Source: Felis catus (taxonomy: Eukaryota). From it: DNA of 64,000 bases. Location: assembly GCF_018350175.1 (NCBI RefSeq), contig NC_058368.1:216878001-216942000 (forward strand), read 5' to 3'. Positions 1 through 14,280 of the stretch are shown piece by piece (within the stretch, counting starts at the first letter, position 1; each line of letters opens with the position of its first letter). A program made the translations under genes and the position numbers. Below the pieces are notes generated by a model. The model ran no database searches and was not told the origin of the DNA. It worked only from the letters and a program-made list of their open reading frames with translations.

Positions 1-123
1 ATCATTTATTTAATTTTTTTTTCTGTGTGTGTTTGTTTTTAAGTTTTTAATTTTAATATTTTTTAATTTTAATTTTTTTATTTTAATTTTTTCTACCTCA
101 TTAATTCCTTTTCTCCCTTCAAA

Positions 124-1022
124 ATGATGAAGCGAAGGAATTCACCCCAAAAGAAAGAGCAGGAAGAAGCGACAGCCAGGGACTTAACCAACACAAATAC
201 AAGCAAGATGCCTGAACCAGAATTTAGAATCACAATACTAAGAATACTAGCTGGAGTCGAAAATAGATTAGAATCCCTTTCTACTGAGATAAAAGAAGTA
301 AAAGCAAGTCAGGGTGAAATAAAAATGCTATAACTGATCTGCGATCTCAAATGGATACCGCAGCAGCAAGGATTGATGAGGCAGAACAGAGAATCAGTGA
401 TATAGAGGACAAACTTATGGAGAATAATGAAGCAAAAAAAAAAAAAGAAAAAAGAAAAAAACAGGGAGATTACGGCAAAAGAGCACGATTTAAGAATTAG
501 AGAAATCAGTGACTCATTAAAAAGGAACAACATCAGAATCATAGGGGTCCCAGAAGAGGAAGAGAGAGAAAAAGGGGTAGAAGGGTTACGTGAGCAAATC
601 ATAGCAGAAAATTTTCCTAACCTGGGGAAAGACACAGACATCAAAATCCAGGAAGCACAGAGGACTCCCATTAGATTCAACAAAAACCAACCATCAACAT
701 GGCAGATCATAGTCAAATTCACAAAATATTCAGGCAAGGAAAGAATCATGAAAGCAGCAAGGGAATAAAAAAGTCCTTAACCTACAAAGGAAGATAGATC
801 AGGTTTGCAGCATACCTATCCAGGCCTGCTGGATAGGCCAGAAAGGAGTGGCAGGATATATTTAATGTGCTGAATCAGAAAATATGCAGTCAAGAATTCT
901 TTATCCAGTAAGGCTGTTATTAAAAATAGAAGGAAAGATAAAATTTCCCAGACAAATAAAAATTAAAGGAGTTTGTGACCACTAAACCAGCCCTGCAAGA
1001 AATTTTAAGGGGGACTTTCTGA
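124..1022 (+). pseudogene. L1 ORF1p remnant, frameshifted with stops
   Basis: ORF fragments 124-333 and 427-768 (KRNNIRIIGVPEEEE, IIAENFPNLGK, IQEAQRTP); expanded A-run at 435-461; terminal TGA at ~1020. Confidence 0.95.
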
Positions 1023-1132
1023 GGGGAGAAAAGATGAAAAAATACATACATACATACATACATACCAAAAGCAACAAAGATTAGAAAGGACCAGAGAACA
1101 CCACCAGAAACTCCAACTCTATAAGCAACATA

Positions 1133-4100
1133 ATGGCAATAAATTCATAACTTTCAGTACTCACTCTAAATGTCAATGGACTAAATGTTCCAATAAAAAG
1201 GCATAAAGTACCAGAATGGATAAGAAAACAAGATCCATGTATATACTGTTTACAAGGAACCCACTTTAGACCTACAGACACCTTCAGATTGAAAGTAAGG
1301 GGATGGAGAAACATCTATCATGCTAATGGTCCACAAAAAAAAGCCCGAGTAGCCATACTTATATCAAAAAATCTAGGCTTTAAAATAAAGACTGTATCAA
1401 GACATGAAGAAGGGCATTATATCATAATTAAGGGGTCTATCCACCAAGAATACCTAACAATTGTAAACATTTATGCGCTGAATGTGAGAGCACCCAAATA
1501 TATAAATCAATTAATCACAAACACAAAGAAATTCATTGATAGTAATACCATAATAGTAGAAGACTTCAACACCCCACTCATAGCAATGGACAGATCATCT
1601 AATCAAAAAATGAACAAGGAAACAAAGGCTTTGAATGACACACTGGACCAGATGGACTTAAAAGATATATTCAGAATATTCCATCCTAAAGCAGTGGAAT
1701 ATACATTCTTCTCCAGTGCACATGGAACGTTCTCCAGAATAGACCACATACTGGGACACAAATCAGCCCTCAGCAAGTACAAAAGATCAAGATCATACCA
1801 TGCATATTATCAGACCACGAAGCCCTGAAACTCAAAATCAACCAAAAGAAAAAATTTGGAAATGTAACAAATACTTGGAGACAGAAGAACATCCTACTAA
1901 AGAGTTAATGGGCCAACCAAGAAGTTAAAGATGAAATTAAAACGTATATGGAAGCCAATGAAAATGATAACAAAACAACCAAAACCTCTGGGATGCAGCA
2001 AAGGTGGTTATAAGAGGAAAGTACATAGCAATCCAGGCCTTTCTAAAGGAGGAACAAAGATCACGGATGCACAACCTAAACTTATGCCTTAAAGAGCTGG
2101 AAAAAGAACAGCAAATAAAACCCAAAACTAGCATAAAACAGGAAATAATAAAGACCAGAGCAGAAATTAATGGTATCAAAACCAAAAAGCAAAAAACAAA
2201 AAAACAGCACAGCAGAACAATGAAATCAGAAGCTGGTTCTTTGAAAGAATTGACAAAATTGATATACCACTAGCCAGTTTGATCAAAAAGAAAAAGGAAA
2301 AGACCCAAATAAATAAAATCAAGAATGAAAGACGAGACATCACAACCAACACAGCAGAAATAAAAACAATAGTAAAAGAATATTATGAGCAATTAAATGC
2401 CAATAAAATAGGAAATCTGGAAGAAATGGACAAATTCCTAAAAACATATACACTATCAAAACTGAAACAAGAAAAAATAGAAAATTTGAACGGACCCATA
2501 ACCAGTAAGGAAATTGAATTAGTAATCAAAAATCTCCCAAAAAACAAGAGTCTAGGGCCAGGTGGCTTTCCAGGGGAATTCTACCAAACATTTAAGGAAG
2601 AGTTAACACCTATTCTCTTGAAGCTGTTCCAAAAAATAGAAATGGAAGGAAAACTTCCAAACTCTTTCTATGAGTCCAGCATTACCTTGATTCCAAAACC
2701 AGACAGAGACCCCACTAAAAAGGAGAACTATAGACCAATTTCCCTGATGAACATGGATTCTAAAATCCTCAACAAGATATTAGCCAACCAGCTCCAGCAA
2801 TACATTAAAAAAAATTATTCACCACGACCAAGTGGGATTTATACCTGGGATGCAAGGCTGGTTCAACATCTGCAAAACAATCAATGTGATTCATCACATC
2901 AATAAAAGAAAAGACAAGAACATATGATCCTCTCAATAGATGCAGAGATAGCATTTGACAAAATACAACATCCTTTCTTGATAACACCCCTCAAGAAAGT
3001 AAGGACAGAAGGATCATGCCTGTAGATCATAAAAGCCATATATGAATGACCCAACACTAATATCATCCTCAATGGGGAAAAACTGAGAGCTTTCCCCCTA
3101 AGGTCAGGAACAAGACAGGGATGTCCACTCTCACCACTGTTATTCAAAATAGTATGGAAGTCCTAGCCTCAGCAATCAGAAAACACAAAGAAATAAAAGG
3201 CATCCAAATCAGCCAGGAGGGGTCAAACTTTCACACTTCACAGATGACATGATACTCTATATGGAAAACTCAAAAGATTCCACCAAAAAACTGCTAGAAT
3301 TGATTCATGAATTCAGCAATGTTGCAGGATATAAAGTTAATGCACAGAAATCGGTTGCATTCCTATTCACCAACAATGAAGCAACAGAAAGAGAAATCAA
3401 GTAATCGATCCCATTTATAATTTCACCAAAAACCATGAAATACCTAGGAATAAATCTAACCAAAGAGGTGAAAAATCTATACACTGAAAACTATAGAAAG
3501 CTTATGAAAGAAATGGAAGAGGACACAAAAAAGTGGAAAAGGATTCCATGCTCCTGGATAGGAAGAACAAATATTGTTAAAACGTCAATACTACCCAAAG
3601 CAACCTACATATTCAATGCAATCCCTATCAAAATAACACCAGCATTCTTCACAGAGCTAGAACAAATAATCCTAACATTTGTATGGAACCAGAAAAGACC
3701 CTGAATAGCCAAAACAATCTTGTAAAAGAACACCAAAGCAGGAGGCATCACAATCCTGGACTTCAAGCTATACTACAAAGCTGTAATCATCAAGACAGTG
3801 TGGTACTGGCACAAGAACAGACACTCATACCAATGGAACAGAATAGAGACCCAGAAATGGACCCATAAACATATGGCCAACCAATCCTTGGAGAAGCAGG
3901 AAAGAATATCCAATGGAATAAAGACAGTCTCTTCAGCAAGTGGTGTTGGGAAAACTGGACAGCTACATGCAGAAAAATGAACCTGGACCACTTTCATATA
4001 CCACACACAAAAATAAACTCAAAATGGTTGAAAGACCTCAATGTAAGACGGGAGGCCATGAAAATCCTCGAGGAGGCAAAAACCTTTTGATCTTGGCGGC

Positions 4101-4953
4101 AGCAACTTCTTACTCAACGTGTCTTCAGAGGCAAGAGAAACAAAAGCAAAAATGAACTGTTGAGACCTCATCAAAATAAAAAGCTTCTGCACAGCAAAGG
4201 AAACAATCAGCAAAACTAAAAGGCAACCGACAGAATGGGAGAAGATATTTGCAAATGACATAGCAGATAAGGGGTTAGTATCCAAAATCCATAAAGAAAT
4301 TATCAAACTCAACACCCAAAAAACAAATAATCCAATGAAGAAGAAATGGGCAAAAGACATGAATAGACACTTCTCCAAAGAAGACATCCAGATGGCCAAC
4401 CGACACACGAAAAAGTGCTCAACTTCACTCATCATCAGGAAAATACAAATCAAAACCACAGTGAGATACCACCTCACACCTGTCAGAATGGCTAACATTA
4501 ACAACTCGGGCAATAACAGATGTTGGCGAAGATGTGGACAAATAGGATCTCTTTTGCACTGCTGGTGGGAATGCAAGCTGCTGCAGCCACTCTGGAGAAC
4601 AGTATGGAGGTTCCTCAAAAAGTTAAAAATAGAACTATCCTATGACCCAGCAATTGCACCACTAGGTATCTATCCAAGGGATACAGGTGTGCTGTTTTGA
4701 AGGGGCACATGCACCTCAATGTTTATAGCAGCACTATTAACAATAGCCAAAGTATGGAAAAAGCCCAAATGTCCATCAATGGATGAATGGATAAAGAAGA
4801 TGTGGTATATATAGATATATAATGAAGTATTACTTGGCAATCAAAAAGAATGAAATCTTGCCATTTGCAATTACATGGATGGAACTGGAGGGTACTACGC
4901 TAAGTGAAATTTGTCAGTCAGAGAAAGACAAAAATCATATGACTTCACTCATA
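1133..4953 (+). pseudogene. L1 ORF2p (endonuclease, reverse transcriptase, C-terminal Cys domain) remnant
   Basis: ATG at 1133 reads MAINS*LSVLTLNVNGLN; EN motifs DFNTPL and [19 protein letters not shown] core reads FTDD at 3237-3248; [20 protein letters not shown]; multiple stops and frameshifts. Confidence 0.96.
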
Positions 4954-5188
4954 TGAGGACATCAAGAGACAAAACAGATAAACATAAGGGAAGGGAAACA
5001 AAAATAATATAAAAACAGGGAGGGGGACAAAGCATAAGAGACTCATAAATATGGAGAACAAACTGAGGGTTGCTGGAGGGGTTGTGGGAAGGTGGATGGG
5101 CTAAATGGGTTAAGGGGCACTAAGGAATCTACTCCTGAAATCTTTGTTGCCCTATACGCTAATTTGGTTGTAAATTAAAAACACAAAA

Positions 5189-5229
<41 letters not shown>

Positions 5230-5320
5230 AAAAATAAAAAAGCACACAAAAATTGTTTTTTTGTTTTCAATGCATATAATTACAGGTAGATCCATACTCA
5301 CTGAGGAATATTCCTTTGTT

Positions 5321-5789
5321 CAGTATTGCCCTTATCCTTAGTTTCACTCTCTGTAATTTTAGTTACTTTCTCCAACCACTATCTGGAAGCACATGTTCCT
5401 CCTTCTGACCTCAGACGGTTAGTAAGTAGCAGCAGCCTAATGCCACATCATACTGCCTAACGTCATTCACCTTGTTTCCTCTCATTACAAGCATTTTATC
5501 ATTTCACACCAGCACAAAAAGAAGAGTGAATACACTACAAAGGATATTTTGAGAGAGGGAGAGGGAGACCACACTCACATAACTGTTATTACAGTGTCTT
5601 GTTATAATTATCCTATGTTTTAGTTATTGTTGTTCATCTCCTACTGTGCTTAATTTATAAATTAAAATTTATTACAGGTGTGTATAAATAGGGAAAAAAA
5701 ACATGGTATATTTAAGGTTTGGCACTGTGATTTCATGCATCCAGTGAGGGTCTCAGAATGTGTCCTTGGAGGATGCTGGGGGAGAACCG
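5321..5789 (+). mobile_element. MER44/Tigger7-type non-autonomous DNA transposon
   Basis: Degenerate ends cagtattgcccttatcc... and ...ggatgctgggggagaaccg|ta; internal similarity to recalled MER44 consensus. Confidence 0.75.
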
Positions 5790-6160
5790 TATTTTAAAAG
5801 GTGGACATAATTATATGGATAGTTATAATTGCTAGGAAACTGAAATTATAGATAAAAGACTCATAGAATGTCAAAATTAGGGAGGATCTTTAAATGCTAT
5901 TTTATAAAATATATTTTATAATTGAGGAAGTAATTTAATTTGTGTGATTTCTCTTGGTCTGGAGTATGTCTACATATGTATTTTCAGTCCCTAGAAAAGC
6001 AACTGAGGTACTCAAGGCATGATAGGTGCTAAGCAGATGAATATACACTAAATTATCTCCTCTATAATTTTCATCCACTGGTCTTTGTTTAAACCCTTCA
6101 AACTATGCATATCAAACACATTGCCTTTTCCAAATGATGTTTTAAAAACTATTTGGAATA

Positions 6161-6369
6161 GGGGCGCCTGGGTGGCGCAGTCGGTTAAAGCGTCCGACTT
6201 CAGCCAGGTCACGATCTCGCAGTCCGTGAGTTCGAGCCCCGCGTCCGGCTCTGGGCTGATGGCTCAGAGCCTGGAGCCTGTTTCCAATTCTGTGTCTCCC
6301 TCTCTCTCTGCCCCTCCCCCGTTCATGCTCTGTCTCTCTCTGTCCCAAAAATAAATAAACGTTGAAAAA
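6161..6369 (+). mobile_element. Young feline CAN-SINE (SINEC_Fc)
   Basis: tRNA-like head, CT tract, A tail, CpGs retained; perfect 17-bp TSD aaaaactatttggaata (6144-6160 and 6370-6386). Confidence 0.98.
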
Positions 6370-6709
6370 AAAAACTATTTGGAATATATTATCTCCCTAT
6401 CTCATGCTGCTTACCGATTTAATGCTTCTATTCTCCCCATTCTGTTCCCAGAGGAAATTGTTTTTCTTCAAAGGTAATATTCATACAGTTCTTTACATGT
6501 CCTTTATAATATTATTATTTATGTTATTTTATTAAGACGATCCTAAATAGAATGTCCTCATATTTCCCCATTATCATCTTTAAAGGCAGTAGTCAAAATT
6601 AAGAGTAACATTTTAGATATTATATGAACAGAAATATCTGAACAAAAATAACACATACTCAGTCGAGTTCTGTTTTCAGGCTGAGCTTGAATGATTAGCT
6701 TCCGTAAAA

Positions 6710-7040
6710 CCACATCACAGGCTAACTCACATTGAATTTATTGTGCTGTGAATCACTTAAACATTTTTGTCACATGCGGATGTTAACTCAGTTCTTACAT
6801 CATTTGCAATTTGGATCTAACTATGGTATCTTCTATGTGCACATCGCTACTATATTTCATTTGTTCAATTCAGCCCATCATTACAGGTCATAAAGATCAT
6901 TTCTGGATTGTAATTGTTCTGCAGTGCATTCACTAACTCTTCAGGCTTCCAGTGACCCACAAATTTAATGAACATATGAGATTCTTCTCTGTATGCTCAT
7001 CCAACTTACTGATTAAAATGTTGAGCAGGACACCACTGGA
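6710..7040 (-). mobile_element. L3/CR1 LINE relic
   Basis: tcatccaacttactgattaaaatgttgagcaggaca and gctaactcacattgaattt resemble the recalled antisense L3 consensus. Confidence 0.55.
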
Positions 7041-7617
7041 GAAATAGTTCGCAGGCCTCTATCCAAAATTATGCAGTCTTATGATCTTTTTTTGGCATTT
7101 TTATTTTTTAATAACTTATTAATGTGCCTAATTAATGGTCCTTGCATCTAGACTATAACATAAAATGTGTGCCATGACATATTGGCAATAAACAGTGAGA
7201 ACGTTTTAGTAAAAAGATAAAAAAAATGATTACCTGTTACTTATTTCTTATATGGCATACACAGAGGATCTGAAAGCAACGTAGAAAGAGTAAATGCTGA
7301 AGTTGTAATAAAGTGCATATCTGTGGTTCACTCGAACCTGGGCTCCATGGTAAACCTGTATTTACGTCCATGACTAACTACACGCATTTGGGGGAATAAT
7401 TGTGTTTACATATATGAATTTCTCATAAGTTTCACAGGGTTGTTTTTGACCTTTCCTAAAAAGTTGAAGTGTTCTTTAAAGCTTTAAAATAAATACCACC
7501 TCCCGGTTTCATTATATAGGATGGAGCATTTCTGATATTAATCAAAAGCACCAGATGAACAAAAGTGAGACAGTGAAGTGAAGAGGAAAGTACAAATGCA
7601 TATTAGAAAATAATCTT

Positions 7618-7853
7618 GGGGCTCCTGAGTGGCTCAGTCAGTTAAACATATGACGTTGGCTCCGGTCATGATCTCGTGGTTCGTGAGTTTGATCCCTGCA
7701 TGGGGCTCTGTGCTGATGACTCAGAGCCTGGAACCTGCTTCAGATTCTGTGTCTCCCTGTCACTCTCTCTCCCCCACACCCTTGCTAGCATTCTGTCTCT
7801 CTTTCTCTCTCTCTCTCTCAAAAATAAAATAAACATTAAAAATTAATAAAAAA
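7618..7853 (+). mobile_element. CAN-SINE
   Basis: Head, CT tract and tail; TSD agaaa(a/t)taatctt. Confidence 0.95.
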
Positions 7854-7974
7854 AGAAATTAATCTTAACTCATTGTATAGTTTATTTTAGATGTAGTTGA
7901 AATGTATATTGCGTTCTTTCTTTCCCACTGTAGTGCACTTGGAACTTCAGCAAACCTGTATTGAAAAGTCTTTG

Positions 7975-8195
7975 TCACTTACTCTGTGACTTTGGACTAT
8001 ACTTCAGTTTGGTAAGCTTGGGTTTACTCATTTTTAAAAGTAAGATATTATTATGTAGGGGTATTTATATACATTTACATATAATTTAATATATATTTAT
8101 TTTATAAACACATGCCTTATAAAGAATTGTAAGCATAAAATGATAGAATGCATGTAAAGCATGTCACACAGTAACAGGCACGTAGTAAATATTTT
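7975..8195 (+). mobile_element. MIR relic
   Basis: ctctgtgacttt...tttactcattttt and aatgcatgtaaagcatg...aggcacgtagtaaat resemble MIR core and 3' motifs. Confidence 0.6.
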
Positions 8196-8257
8196 CCAAT
8201 GTGTTTATGTTCTCAAAGATTTGTGTTGTTATTATTTTGTTGTTTTAAGACTGTTTC

Positions 8258-8469
8258 AGGGTGTCTGAGTGGCTCAGTTGGTTGGGTGTCTGACTTAGGC
8301 TCAGGTCAGGATCTCATGGTTCCTGAGTTCGAACCCTGCGTAAGGCTCTGTGCTGACAGCTCAGATCCTGGAGCCTGCTTTGAATTCTTTGTCTCCCTCT
8401 CTCTCTGCCCCTCCCTTGCCAACGCTCTGTCTCTCTAAGTCTCTCAAAAATGAATAAACGTTAAAAAAA
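8258..8469 (+). mobile_element. CAN-SINE (older copy)
   Basis: Diverged head and body; TSD aagactgttt. Confidence 0.93.
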
Positions 8470-8480
8470 AAGACTGTTTT

Positions 8481-8690
8481 GGGGCGCCTGGGTGGCGCAG
8501 TCGGTTAGGCGTCCGACTTCAGCCAGGTCACGATCTCGCGGTCCGTGAGTTCGAGCCCCGCGTCGGGCTCTGGGCTGATGGCTCAGAGCCTGGAGCCTGT
8601 TTCCGATTCTGTGTCTCCCTCTCTCTCTGCCCCTCCCCTGTTCACGCTCTGTCTCTCTCTGTCCCAAAAATAAATATAAATGTAAAAAAA
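8481..8690 (+). mobile_element. Young SINEC_Fc inserted at the tail/TSD of the previous SINE
   Basis: Near-consensus and CpG-rich; flanked on both sides by (a)n-gactgtttt. Confidence 0.97.
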
Positions 8691-11600
8691 AAAAAAAAGA
8701 CTGTTTTATATTGCCTTTCTTTTTTTCCTGTTACAAGAGGAAAGGACCTGGAATCTTCCTCCTCATTTCAAATATTCAATGTTAGAAAGCAAAAGAAGCA
8801 CTAAGAAGATGCCAGAACAAACTGGGCATGGGGCAGGTCTTCAGCTTTTTATAGATGATGGACTATAAATCTTGAAAACAATTGAATAATCTTGTCTAAT
8901 TCACAGTGTTTGGAGAACAGATAAAGATTGAGGACTAAATGGTGATTTACTTTGCACATGTATATGCTGCTTTGAAACAGTGGGAGAACCAGCTGGGGCC
9001 ATGTATTTGTCACAGTTACTTTAATATAAGTGTATTATACAGCAGCCATCCTCATGCTAGGTCTTTACTGAGAGAAACTGGCCTCGTACTGAATCATCTG
9101 AGTTACTTAATCCTGTGCTAAAGGTCTTGATGTTTCAGTACATAAGAAGCAATGAAAAATGACTAAGAATATACAAATCCTTACCTTTGTCTTCTGAAAG
9201 AATGATGTCGTTCAAAGTATCTATAGATATATCATTTGACAGTATAGTGTAATCCCAAATTTATAGAACCTTTCTTATTTCTAATTTTGTTAATTCTGAT
9301 TTTTTGTGTGTTTTTTTTTTTGGTATATTTTCTCTCTATTGTTCTTCAGAGATAACAGAATTGAGGCCTGAATAAGATATAGAAACCTTTTTCTAAAATT
9401 CAGAACTTGAATAAAGGATAAGTAAAATTAAAAATATATAAATATATTTATAAAAATATTTGATATGATGGCCTAAATATAAACTTGTCTGCATTCTTTA
9501 TATGTTGCTGCTTAAATATTCAATCGGTGTATATCCCTAGCTAATTTCTCTATTTTTCCATTTTCAAATGAACAACATTTCAAGCCAAATTAGTTTTCTC
9601 TTGTCTGAGTAGTTTCCAATGTGCCAATTGTTTTTATTTCCCTTTCTTGAATACCAAGAGAAAGTGAAATACTGTTATTTACACAAGACCTTTCAATATA
9701 TCACTGGCAAAGACATCTTAAATTCAGTGAATGATTTAAGTCTACTATGTATTACCTTGCCCTCTAGAGGTCAAGATAAAGAATGTTCACACATTAAGCC
9801 AAAATAATCGAGAGAAAACACATGACCATCTGCATAGCTAAAAAAGGTACTCCTATAGATAGGATGTGCTACATATTTGCAATATTTATTTATCTCATTT
9901 CCCCCGGATTAAATGTGAAAATATTTGGATGTTGTGCATACAGTATGTTTTGAATTATGAAATAATTAAGAATGATAAAAATGAAAACTTTCATTTATTT
10001 ATTCATGTAGTCAACAAATTTTTTTTGACTCTTACAACACAGTTGTTTCTCTGTCTGCCTCTTGCCCCAAAGATTTTCTTAATCTACTATTCTTTTAAAG
10101 AGGGGAGATGTCTCATTTACACTCCATTTCCAGAGCATAAAATAGGGCATGGTACATAGAAGATGCTCAGTAAATATTAGGAGAACTAATTAAATGAATA
10201 TGCAATATGAACTTCAGAATGCCTGACTTTTGCATAGTACAGGATTGTTCTAAGCATCATAGTCACATGAGAGCCTATATTTAGACGTGTTGTAAATTTT
10301 AAAGCACTGTACAAATGTAAGATCATTATGTCATGATGGGTTCGTTATTTACTAAAATATGCAGATGGGTGCTGTATGTTCAAGGTGAAGAACAAATTTT
10401 GGCAGCAAGTTTTTCTGCTCTCTCACGGAACCAATACAAGCTAGATTCTAAGACTTTCTTACCTGCACCCTATACCTAGGCAAACCTAGTTTTCATTCAT
10501 TTCACATATTTTGCCCTCTTCCACCTCTGTTCCTTTTCTTAAATTGTCCTTGACATTTGGAGCAAACTAATCCCTGCATCTTTTTCATTCCACAGTTCTG
10601 TTTTCTGTAAGTACTCAGCTGGAATTTTACTTATTCAAAGAGCAGTCCCGCATTAACCTGGGCACAAGAGTCTTCCTCTAACTCATCAGAGAGAACAATC
10701 AATTCTAATTTACATGCATAACTTTCTCTGGCCAGTAGTGTTTGGGGAAACCACGGTTTTTGTCTATTAGGATTTAAGAAAACACTGAATTATATCTGTA
10801 TGCCCAAAATTCAGGTCTGCAGTTCTCATGTGTTTGTTCTTTTTGGTCCTCCCGAAGTATCAGGAAAAGATAGTTCTCTTTCTCCTGCCCTCGCTATCAT
10901 GCGAACAGGCAGAGGACAGATACTACAGGGAAAGATGGTCTGAGGTCTGTTGGTTTTCTTAACACCTAGTATATTGTTATGTCTAGGCCCAGGATTCATT
11001 TCCTTAAAATGACCATGGTTCCTTTGAATTGAATGTATGTTTGTGATAACTGATAATAACATAAGGGAAAATATAAGTGCAAAATATGCTATATCAAGCC
11101 AATAATACCAAGACCACCTCATTCAATGCATAACAAAGCATAGATGGAGAATTTATCTTAAAAATCACCATACTTAAGCTCTGAAGAGGTCATCAGGCTA
11201 TTGCTGAAGCAAGAATATTCTAAGAGTTTTATTCTGTTACAGATAGATATACCTGGTTTCATTACTTTACATAATAATGTGTCTATCTGCTTGCTTACTT
11301 ATTCCCATGTGCCCTATCATGTGATATTTTGGGTTACTGTTCTGCCTCAGTGAAATACATAATGATAATTACTCATAGATTATAGAAGAAAAGAGAAACT
11401 AACAACTCAAGTTTCATCATGAAAGCTTTATGTGTATAAGTATGTTTATAAAATATGGATTGCTATCATTCTTCAGAACTATTAAAGTGACATAAAATAC
11501 TATTGGTGACAATTCACATTTTTTACTTAGTATGCAAAGCCACTGCAGAAAATGGCTCTGCTTGCTTTCAATTTGCTGCAAAATTACTTCAATCAAAAGG

Positions 11601-12612
11601 AAGACTGCCTTGATTTTAATTGACTTTATATTAAATCAAAAGTGCTATGTGATCCATAGTCCAGGTTACTAAAAATGAAATATGTTCAGATACACTAGTC
11701 AAGGCCATCTGATATTTTTATTTCTAACTGCAAATGATAAAATTGATACTGATGTACTCTCGGCAGCTATTTCAGACGGGGAGCTCTGTGAAATCAAAAA
11801 AATATGATAAACTAAGCAAAAAGGAGGAAACAAAGCACATCCTCTGGTTCTCTTCATTATCTCATCAATGCATTTTCCAGTGAGCTTTCATTCACTAATT
11901 TTTGAAGTAAGTCTTATATCGAGATGAATGTGAAACTACTTTTTACACATTCTCTTCCATCTAGGCTTTCAGGTTCATTTTTAAAGAGGGAAATAAAGAA
12001 ACTGTATGCCTTGTACAGAGAGACTAATCCCTCTGGGTATAAGCGTGCCAGATGGGAGTCCATAATAGCTTCTATAAGCTAAGTAGCAAATCTGTATTGC
12101 CAGATCTTACATTATAGAATTCACATAACTACATTCCTTAGAGACTTGCTCTTCCTTATGTATAATAGTAAAACATGCATACGTGGAACTCTTATCACCA
12201 CAGTCTTCTGCCATGCTTTTGAATAGAGGGCTTCCTACAATATTGAAGAAACATAGCTGACTTAATATGCATTTTTCCTGAATCTTTTCAAGGGAAGAAA
12301 ATGCAAATCAGCAGTTGGATGCTACGTAATAATCTAATAATCCAGCTCCATCCAAATTATACTGAATGGATGTGAGAGTTTACACAAAGACAATGGGAGA
12401 AGAGAAGAAAAATAAAACCAAATAAATGCTTGTAGGCAGCTTTATGCATTTTATTCTAGAAAAAAAGGTTTAAACATACAACAATAGGTTAGTTCATTAA
12501 ATCTTAGCAATATACTTTTTATAATTGTTTTGCAGGTAAAAGAGTAAATAATTTTTCAATAAAATCAGAATTAATTTTACCTATATGTGCTAGTACATGA
12601 TGAAATAATATA

Positions 12613-12941
12613 CAGTTGACTCTTGAAAAACATGGGTCCGAACTGCATGGGTCCACTTATACAGGAATTTTTTTTGGTAAATACCATATGGTTCTGTAAA
12701 TGTGTTTTCCTTATGATTTTCTTAATAGCATTTTATTTCCTCTAGCTTACTTTATTATAAGAACACAGTATATAATAAATATAACTTTAAATTTTGGGGT
12801 AATTAACTATTTATGTTCTCAGTGGGATTTCTGGTCAACAGCAGGGGATTAGTAGTTTTAGGGGAACCAAAAGCTCTAAGTGGACTTTTGACTGCATAGG
12901 GCGGGGGTGTTGGCAACTCCCATATTGTTCAAAGTCAACTG
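12613..12941 (+). mobile_element. Tigger2-derived MITE (Tigger2a/MER28-like)
   Basis: TIRs cagttgactcttgaaaaacatggg and cccatattgttcaaagtcaactg, with TA on both sides. Confidence 0.85.
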
Positions 12942-14279
12942 TATATATCTATCTCGCTTATGTGCAAGTATGTGAGCTTCCCTTACAAATGAAAGTAATA
13001 TGAATTCTGAAATGTGCATAAAACAATGACTGCTTTAACCCCAAATTCTAAGTATAAAAATTGTATATTTTATTTGTTACTTCGAAAGATTAAAAAAAAA
13101 AGTATAAAATATTTTGTGAACTACTGTAAAAATAATTAATCAAATTTAAATTTAAGAATTTTTTTTGTAAACCAAGCTTTTAAGGAATATATATATTTTT
13201 ATCCGCATAAAAAACTTCCACTAAAAGCCTACACACTACTTAATGATGCTGTATATAAAAAGTTTAAAATTAAAAAGACAAAATATTACTAGCTGTGAAA
13301 ATGTCTACATAATGCCTTTGATAATTTATTTATCATTAGAATCAGGATGGAAGCTCAACAATATAGCTGAATAAAAAAATAAAGTACATGTGATTCATGG
13401 TAGCTTATTGGCAATGAATTGAAAATACCTTTGAAGCTACATTGTGAGATAGTTGGTAGAAACTCTCTCAAAGTTTCTTGCAAGTTTTTGCAGATACCTC
13501 ATGAGGTTAGGAGAATCACAACTTTAAACTGATATAGTGTCTGATAAATTAATCATTAAAAAAATAGAGAATAGGTTATCAACTAAATGGTGATTTAACA
13601 AAGTGCTGTCTATATTTAAAATGATAGATTCTTCCACATCATAAATAAAACCTCCAAGTTGAATACATGCTGAAAACTGAAGATTATTTTTAGCCAAAAA
13701 AGCAATAATACATCCAAAATTGTTAAAGGATATCTTAAAAGCGATGGCAGCAGAACTTATGGTTTAGAAGACTGATAAATTTGGAGTCAGCTCTTTCTGC
13801 TTCTACTATAAAGTCAATAAATTAAAAAACAACTTAAAAATATAAAAATAGACAAAGACAAAGACTCTTACTAGCCATCCAACTTCCAATTATGCTTTAC
13901 TCACAGTGATGGCTAAAATGCTATGTCTGGGTATGGCCATGCGACTAAATTCAGAATAGTGACATGTAATTAAACTATTGTATGTGCCTGAACAAAATTC
14001 TAACAAGTAATTCTAAGAAATGAGACCGAGAATGGCAAATGACAAAATAATAATAATGACAAGGATTGGTACAACTTGAGCTCTTTTACATAACTGTTCG
14101 TGATTTCAATTTTGATATTATTAGAGAATGATTTGTAGAGCAACTTGACAAAATCTCCAAAAAAGCTATACTATAACCAACTACACTTTTTACCATTTAT
14201 CCATGTTATTAGTTTTGTCATATATAACTGGTTATAGTTTAGTTATTAGAATTTTGCAAAGTTGTATTTATTCTCAAAC

Positions 14280-14280
<1 letters not shown>

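Larger units (their letters stand above)
1..5240 (+). mobile_element. Near full-length carnivore/felid LINE-1, inactivated; 5' end lies outside the window
   Basis: ORF1 and ORF2 remnants in L1 order, a (TACA)n inter-ORF spacer, a G-rich 3' UTR and a (TAAA)n tail at ~5190-5240. Confidence 0.98.

Noticed and set aside
309..4618. Antisense ORFs over the L1, up to 199 aa
   Set aside because: Routine by-products of L1 antisense composition; no independent gene signals.
124..4953. L1 as an active element
   Set aside because: Both ORFs are broken: a stop at ORF2 codon 6 and many further stops and frameshifts.
6161..6245. tRNA gene
   Set aside because: The A and B boxes belong to the tRNA-derived SINE head, which continues into the CT tract and tail.
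9180..9225. Minus-strand microexon (cag|AAGACAAAG|gtaagg, or a 36-nt version)
   Set aside because: The donor is good but the acceptor context is weak and no peptide is recognisable; expected by chance in 64 kb.
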